Part shown: piece by piece, positions 59,296 to 64,000 of the stretch
Layout: every line of letters begins with the position of its first letter
Numbering within the stretch: position 1 is the stretch's first letter
From: Abditibacterium sp.
Lineage (GTDB): Bacteria; Armatimonadota; Abditibacteriia; Abditibacteriales; Abditibacteriaceae
Assembly: GCA_965246885.1 (NCBI GenBank)
Contig: OZ251992.1
Coordinates: 64,001 to 128,000 of the forward strand
Length of the DNA stretch: 64,000 nucleotides
Direction: 5' to 3'
Position numbers and translations under genes: made by a program
The notes under the pieces: generated by a model
Told to the model about the DNA's origin: nothing
The model's input: the letters and a program-made list of their open reading frames with translations, nothing else
The model's database searches: none

Positions 59296-59389
59296 GATGG
59301 CGCGCAACAAGTTATCACTGGTGCGCTTTGTAAGAACTGCCACGCCGCCGTTCACGCGGGGTTGATTACACTGGAAAGGTAGGAGAGAG

Positions 59390-59464
59390 CGGGATGTAGC
59401 TCAGCTTGGTCAGAGTACTCGGTTTGGGACCGAGTGGTCGCTGGTTCGAATCCAGTCATCCCGA
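59390..59464 (+). tRNA. tRNA-Pro (TGG)
   Basis: Acceptor CGGGATG/CATCCCG; anticodon arm CTCGG-TTTGGGA-CCGAG; GGTTCGAATCC T arm. Confidence 0.93.
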
Positions 59465-59497
59465 TAAACTGCGCTTCGCTGGGGCGAAGCGCAACAT

Positions 59498-59568
59498 GCA
59501 GAAGTAGTTCAATGGTAGAACTTCAGCCTTCCAAGCTGACTACGCGGGTTCGATTCCCGTCTTCTGCT
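59498..59568 (+). tRNA. tRNA-Gly (TCC)
   Basis: Acceptor GCAGAAG/CTTCTGC; anticodon arm TCAGC-CTTCCAA-GCTGA; GGTTCGATTCC T arm. Confidence 0.93.
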
Positions 59569-59571
59569 TCT

Positions 59572-59605
59572 AAAACCGGAAACGCGCCTGCGCTTCCGGT
59601 TTTTT
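59572..59605 (+). terminator. Terminator-like hairpin between tRNA-Gly and tRNA-Arg
   Basis: AAAACCGGAA...TTCCGGTTTTTT. Confidence 0.55.
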
Positions 59606-59607
59606 GC

Positions 59608-59679
59608 GGCCTGTTAGCTCAATGGATAGAGCGGTTGCCTTCTAAGCAATTGATAGAGGTTCGATTCCTCTACGGGCTA
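59608..59679 (+). tRNA. tRNA-Arg (TCT)
   Basis: Acceptor GGCCTGT/ACGGGCT; anticodon arm GTTGC-CTTCTAA-GCAAT; GGTTCGATTCC T arm. Confidence 0.9.
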
Positions 59680-59851
59680 CTCTTGCGTCAGGGGCAAAGC
59701 GGCGCGTCAGTCCCGCCTTTTTCCTCATTGCTCCCCCCACCATCCGTGCCTTGCCAGCCGTTGAAGAGGTCGGCTAAAATTCCTCTGCCGCTTTTTCGGA
59801 AGCCGCTTCTCTGTTTTGCTGTTCCAAACAAAATCTTTCCGAGGTGATTTT

Positions 59852-60931
59852 ATGGTGCGACTTGCACCGAAATCGCGCCGCACCGCTCCCGCTTCGTCTC
59901 GATGGGCGAGCCTGATGGAGCAAGCGAGCGCATCCAGCGCCGGGGTCTCCAAGCGTTCGATGGCCGTTGCCTCCGCTTGTGGCTTCGCGCTTTTTGGCTC
60001 TTCGACGCTGTCCACCCAGTCGAAAGCTCAGCCTGAAACAACAGGAGCAGGAGCCAAGGCCGCCATTGCCGCCTTGCCCACACCCAAAACCCACGTCGTC
60101 GCCTTGGTTGGCGGTCAGAAAGTCGTTGCTGATATAGATGAACCGGCCCATGCCACCGTCGGCTCCATCCTACGCGCCATGAACGTGACCGTCGGCCCGC
60201 TTGACCGCGTGACGCCCGATACTTCGACGCCCTTTTCCGCGACCCAAACCATCTCCGTCGCGCGCGTCGAGTCAAAGTTAGTGCACGCCTACGAAGCGGT
60301 TCCGGCGCAGTTGCTGTACCGCCCGACCACCGCCATCCGCGCCGGGAAGACCCAACAAATCCAAGCGCCGCGCGCGGGGAAGATCGAAACCACCACGCGC
60401 GTTTGGCTGCTCAACGGCCACGAAACGCGCCGCGAGTTCGTGTCCAAGCGGCTGTCGCTCGCGCCGCAACCGCGCATCATCGCCCTTGGCGCGCGCTCGA
60501 ACCTGCTCCCACAAAACGTGCGGCCCCACGCCCGGTATGCGCGGGCGCGTGGCTACGCCAACTCGTTTCGTGGCGGCTCGCCGCGCGACCGCGCGATGGG
60601 CATCGAAAACCAGTCGAGCGATTTCGCCAACTTGCGCCCGCTCAAGTGCATTGACGGCGTGCTCACGACGGGCTATTCGGCTGGCCCCGCCGGGGGTGCC
60701 GTGTCCAACTGGACGGCAACGGGCGTGCGCTGCACTTATGGCGCAGTCGCCGTTGACCCGCGCCTCATTCCGCTTGGCACGAAGCTCTACATCGAAGGCT
60801 ACGGCTATGGTTTCGCGTGCGACACCGGCGGCGCCATCAAAGGCAAGCACATAGACCTCGCCTTCGATTCGCCGCGCGGCGCTTTCGCGCACGGCAAACG
60901 CCGCTCGCGCGTGTGGATTCTGGGCCGCTAA
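59852..60931 (+). CDS. G5 and 3D domain protein (YabE-like putative cell-wall lytic protein)
   Basis: TVGSIL..MNVTVGPLDRVTP, G5-like segment, AVDPRLIPLGTKLYIEGYG..CDTGGAIKGKHIDL. Confidence 0.88.
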   Translation: MVRLAPKSRRTAPASSRWASLMEQASASSAGVSKRSMAVASACGFALFGSSTLSTQSKAQPETTGAGAKAAIAALPTPKTHVVALVGGQKVVADIDEPAHATVGSILRAMNVTVGPLDRVTPDTSTPFSATQTISVARVESKLVHAYEAVPAQLLYRPTTAIRAGKTQQIQAPRAGKIETTTRVWLLNGHETRREFVSKRLSLAPQPRIIALGARSNLLPQNVRPHARYARARGYANSFRGGSPRDRAMGIENQSSDFANLRPLKCIDGVLTTGYSAGPAGGAVSNWTATGVRCTYGAVAVDPRLIPLGTKLYIEGYGYGFACDTGGAIKGKHIDLAFDSPRGAFAHGKRRSRVWILGR

Positions 60932-61027
60932 AAGCCCCAAAGTAAGAGAAGGGGAGAGCATCCAAACAACGCTCTCCCCTTTTTCGCGCTTGGCGAGGCT
61001 TTTGCTTTGCACTGCGGATGAATTTCT

Positions 61028-62083
61028 ATGCAAAAACCGATTTTCGCGGCGCTTTTTTGCGCGGCAATGGCGGGAAGCGCGCGGGCCGATGTCACTTGGG
61101 AACACACGGCGCAAGTGACCTTGGGCACGGGCATCCCGCTCGTGACGATGAACCTCCGCAACGACTGGAGCGGCCAAAACCACCGCGCTCGTTTCTCGTT
61201 CGACGCCACGACGATGGGCGCTGGCGCGCAAGGGCGCGGCACGGTGGATATCATTGAGCGCTTGGGCGACGACCGCTTGGTGCTTGCGCTTCGCAACCCA
61301 GCTAACACCGGCGTCGAGCGCTATGTGGACGAGCCGTACTCCACGCTCCAACAACGGTTGCGCATCAATTTCTTCGAAGTGTTCGACCCGCAGTTCGCCG
61401 CCCACGCCGAACCCGTTCCCGCACTCACCGACGAACAGCGCAAACGGTTGGGCCAAGAACTCCGCGCTTACATCAAGCCGTTTCAGGAACAGTTCTCGCG
61501 CCAATACTTCCGCGAGTTGCCCGAAACGCGCACCATCAAGGGATTGGAGTGTCGCGGCTACCGCTACACCTCCCTCACCATCGTTCCCAAACAGGGCAGC
61601 ACCGCGCAACAGTCGGTGCGCATGGAAAGCGAGTTTTGGATCGCCAAGGAACAGCCGGGCGACGACGAGATCTCCTCTTTCACCACCGCCGCGAACAAGC
61701 TCAAGTCCGGGCCGCAAACAGTCTCGATGTGGATCAACGAAGCGTTCCCCATCCTCGCTGAAGCCATGCCCGACGAAACGCAAAACGCCATCGCCGCGCT
61801 GATTGGGCGCAAGGGCGACGCCAACTACGGCTTTCGCGGCACGCCCGTGCAGTTTTTCGTGACCGTCAAGTTGCCCAAGGAAGAAGCACCGATGCCCGGC
61901 ATGAGCGACATCCGCTTTGCCGCCAATCTGACGCGCCGCTCCGAAGATCCAATCCCCGCCCGCGCCTTCGCGTCGCCCACCAACGTGCCGCGCACCGAAC
62001 TCCAGCCGTTTTTAGACTTGGTAAAAAACGGTCTCAAGCAAGCACGCGACGCCATGAAGCATGGCATGGGGTCAATGCTTTAA
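61028..62083 (+). CDS. Secreted hypothetical protein
   Basis: Signal peptide ending ARA-D; ETRTIKGLECRGY...EFWIA resembles DUF4412-like proteins (weak). Confidence 0.6.
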   Translation: MQKPIFAALFCAAMAGSARADVTWEHTAQVTLGTGIPLVTMNLRNDWSGQNHRARFSFDATTMGAGAQGRGTVDIIERLGDDRLVLALRNPANTGVERYVDEPYSTLQQRLRINFFEVFDPQFAAHAEPVPALTDEQRKRLGQELRAYIKPFQEQFSRQYFRELPETRTIKGLECRGYRYTSLTIVPKQGSTAQQSVRMESEFWIAKEQPGDDEISSFTTAANKLKSGPQTVSMWINEAFPILAEAMPDETQNAIAALIGRKGDANYGFRGTPVQFFVTVKLPKEEAPMPGMSDIRFAANLTRRSEDPIPARAFASPTNVPRTELQPFLDLVKNGLKQARDAMKHGMGSML

Positions 62084-62146
62084 AACGGTGCGCTGGAGTA
62101 CGCCCAGTCCGCACGTTGGAAATAAATTTGCCTATCCATTCGGGCG

Positions 62147-63097
62147 ATGATAGTTTCGGAGAAGGGACTTTGGAAAAAGGTATTGCCGGTGTATGGGCAG
62201 TCCACCGGCGCTGTGCTCGGCGTTTCCATTGCCGTTGCCTTCGCGGTGGAAACGTTGGGTTGGACGCAACTCGCCTTGCCCATCCAGCCGTTTTCCATTG
62301 TCGGGTCGGGGCTGTCCATCTTGTTGGTGTTCCGCAATAACGAAGCGTATGGGCGTTATTGGGAAGCGCGCACGTTGTGGGGGCAGGTCATCGCCCACTC
62401 GCGCTCGTTTTGCCGCGCGGTGTTGACGCTTTCGCGCCCGAACGCCTCGCAACACGGCCCGCACCCGCACGAGGCAAGTTCGCCAGAGTTGCACGAGATG
62501 CGGCGCGACTTGGTCTATCGGGCCATCGCTTTTCTTGGCGCGCTCACCAGTTCGCTGCGCGGCGAGTCGGCGTCCGACCTCGATTTCGCCGCGCTGGAGC
62601 CGCTCCTGTGCGCCGACGAAATTGCGGCACTCAAACAGCAAAAGAACGGGCCGTCGGCGCTCCTGCACACGCAGGGCGAGCGCTTGGCGGACGCTTGGCG
62701 CGCGGACTATTTGCACCCACAGCACTTGGCGGTACTGGACGAACAACTCACCGACTTGACGCTCGCGGCGGGCGGGTGCGAGAAAATCGCGCGCACGCCC
62801 ATCCCACCCGCCTACGGCTTTTTGGCGCGACGCATCGTGTGGGTGTTTGTGCTACTTTTGCCGTTCGCGCTTGTGTCGCAAATGGGCTGGAAGACGGTTT
62901 TCCTCGCGCCGATGGTAGCTTTCCTCTTCGGCGCACTCCAACGCTTCGGCGAGGAAGTGCAACATCCTTTTGAACCCAAAGACGACGGCCTCCCTCTCGA
63001 CACGATGGTGCGCCAGTTCGAGATCGAAGTCCGCCAACGCTTGGGCGAATCGCGCCTTCCCGAACCTCTGCGCGAGGAAGCAGGCGTTTTGCTGTAG
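62147..63097 (+). CDS. Bestrophin family ion channel (YneE-like)
   Basis: VFRNNEAYGRYWEARTLWG, GGCEKIARTPIP, QHPF...LPLD. Confidence 0.9.
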   Translation: MIVSEKGLWKKVLPVYGQSTGAVLGVSIAVAFAVETLGWTQLALPIQPFSIVGSGLSILLVFRNNEAYGRYWEARTLWGQVIAHSRSFCRAVLTLSRPNASQHGPHPHEASSPELHEMRRDLVYRAIAFLGALTSSLRGESASDLDFAALEPLLCADEIAALKQQKNGPSALLHTQGERLADAWRADYLHPQHLAVLDEQLTDLTLAAGGCEKIARTPIPPAYGFLARRIVWVFVLLLPFALVSQMGWKTVFLAPMVAFLFGALQRFGEEVQHPFEPKDDGLPLDTMVRQFEIEVRQRLGESRLPEPLREEAGVLL

Positions 63098-63102
63098 CCG
63101 TC

Positions 63103-64000
63103 TTAAACAACGCCCAACAACTTGCGCAAAAGCGGCTCCACTTTGTCGCTTTGGTCAATCTCGCGCCCGAAGTCGCGCCACAAAAGCGCCGCTTCAAGGC
63201 GCTCGTGTTGGGAAGACGGCTCGATGACGAACGTGGGTGCGCTGTGTGGGCGGAGGCCGCGCCAGTTGGACTGTTGGAAGTGCAGAGGCAGCGTGCTCAC
63301 CAAAACTTCAAACAGCCTTTGCGCCGGGCCGGAATGTCGGGCCTTGAGATACGTCCATTCAGGAAAGAGTACAACTGTTGTCCCGCGAGCGCCTATCCAT
63401 GTTGTAGTGGGCTTCTCCGCCTTCGGGCCGAGCACAAGTTTTTGCAGGGCGGGCACCAACACCTTCCACTTTTCGTCCGTTCGCGGCTCGCCGACATACG
63501 GCGACCATTGGCGGGCGTGGGCGTCCATTCGGGAGAAGGCGCGCGCTTGTTCCCGTTCGTCGCTCGGCTGTTGCGCGACCCAGTTCTCGAACCAAGCGAG
63601 GTCGCTCGACAGCCAAGCGAGGTGCGTCTGTCCCTGCGCGAAGTCGCTCTTCCATTGCCAGATGGCAGCGTCTGTTTGAGCGGGCGACTTGACCAACGCG
63701 CGCTTGGGGCGCACGAGCGCCCAATCACCGCCGTCTTCAAAGGGCACGACGCGGAAGAAGGTGCGCCCTGCGTAAGCCCGCGAAACGCGCTTGACGAGAG
63801 TTGCGCGGCGGGCGGGTGGTAGGGGGCGTTTGGACGTGATGGTGTATCCCAAATCGCACCAGAGAACCTCCGGCTCCATCCCCTTGACACGGAAGAAGAA
63901 GTCGCCAAAGGCGGCGCGCCACTCGATGAGCGGCGGGTTTGGGTTGCGGGGCGAGGGCAGGAGTTGCAACTCGTCCTCGAAGGGGGCGAAGAGGTCACGG
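63103..64000 (-). CDS. Hypothetical protein, paralog of 27992..28957 (start lies outside the window)
   Basis: Frame is open to the window edge (RDLFAPFEDELQLLP...); shares conserved blocks with the 28-kb paralog. Confidence 0.75.
   Translation of the reverse strand, partial: RDLFAPFEDELQLLPSPRNPNPPLIEWRAAFGDFFFRVKGMEPEVLWCDLGYTITSKRPLPPARRATLVKRVSRAYAGRTFFRVVPFEDGGDWALVRPKRALVKSPAQTDAAIWQWKSDFAQGQTHLAWLSSDLAWFENWVAQQPSDEREQARAFSRMDAHARQWSPYVGEPRTDEKWKVLVPALQKLVLGPKAEKPTTTWIGARGTTVVLFPEWTYLKARHSGPAQRLFEVLVSTLPLHFQQSNWRGLRPHSAPTFVIEPSSQHERLEAALLWRDFGREIDQSDKVEPLLRKLLGVV

Noticed and set aside
59390..59679. tRNA-anchored genomic island
   Set aside because: No integrase and no duplicated tRNA 3' end seen in the window.
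59680..59851. c-di-AMP or c-di-GMP riboswitch upstream of the G5/3D gene
   Set aside because: The context is plausible but the conserved motifs were not found.

Overview
A high-GC bacterial chromosome segment. The gene style (many prepilin-type [13 protein letters not shown] / H-X9-DG 'DUF1559' genes, GntR-LacI hybrid regulators, large secreted clan GH-A-like proteins) suggests Armatimonadota/Abditibacteriota; this is inference. Housekeeping genes are mlaD/mlaF/mlaE, valS, gyrB-vapBC-gyrA, purF-purM, three tRNAs and a G5/3D protein. They are interspersed with three carbohydrate-utilisation-like loci (8078-13529 minus, 29122-44005 plus, 44072-54742 minus). These loci carry five pilin-like DUF1559 genes at or near their heads and contain no recognisable transporter. 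Main non-coding observations: (i) four copies of an atypical promoter-like motif, TGTTAGAN-N16-YAKAMT, found only in front of the regulator/DUF1559 heads of these loci; (ii) four intergenic 21-bp-period arrays, two closed by perfect 20- and 27-bp inverted repeats, each just upstream of a promoter-like motif; (iii) several REP/REPIN-like palindrome families, one with compensatory stem changes and one inserted in frame in ValS. Protein oddities include a secretin-like amphipathic motif inserted in an esterase, an internally deleted paralog of a large glycoside hydrolase, and several frameshifted genes. All calls were made by eye; no searches were run.
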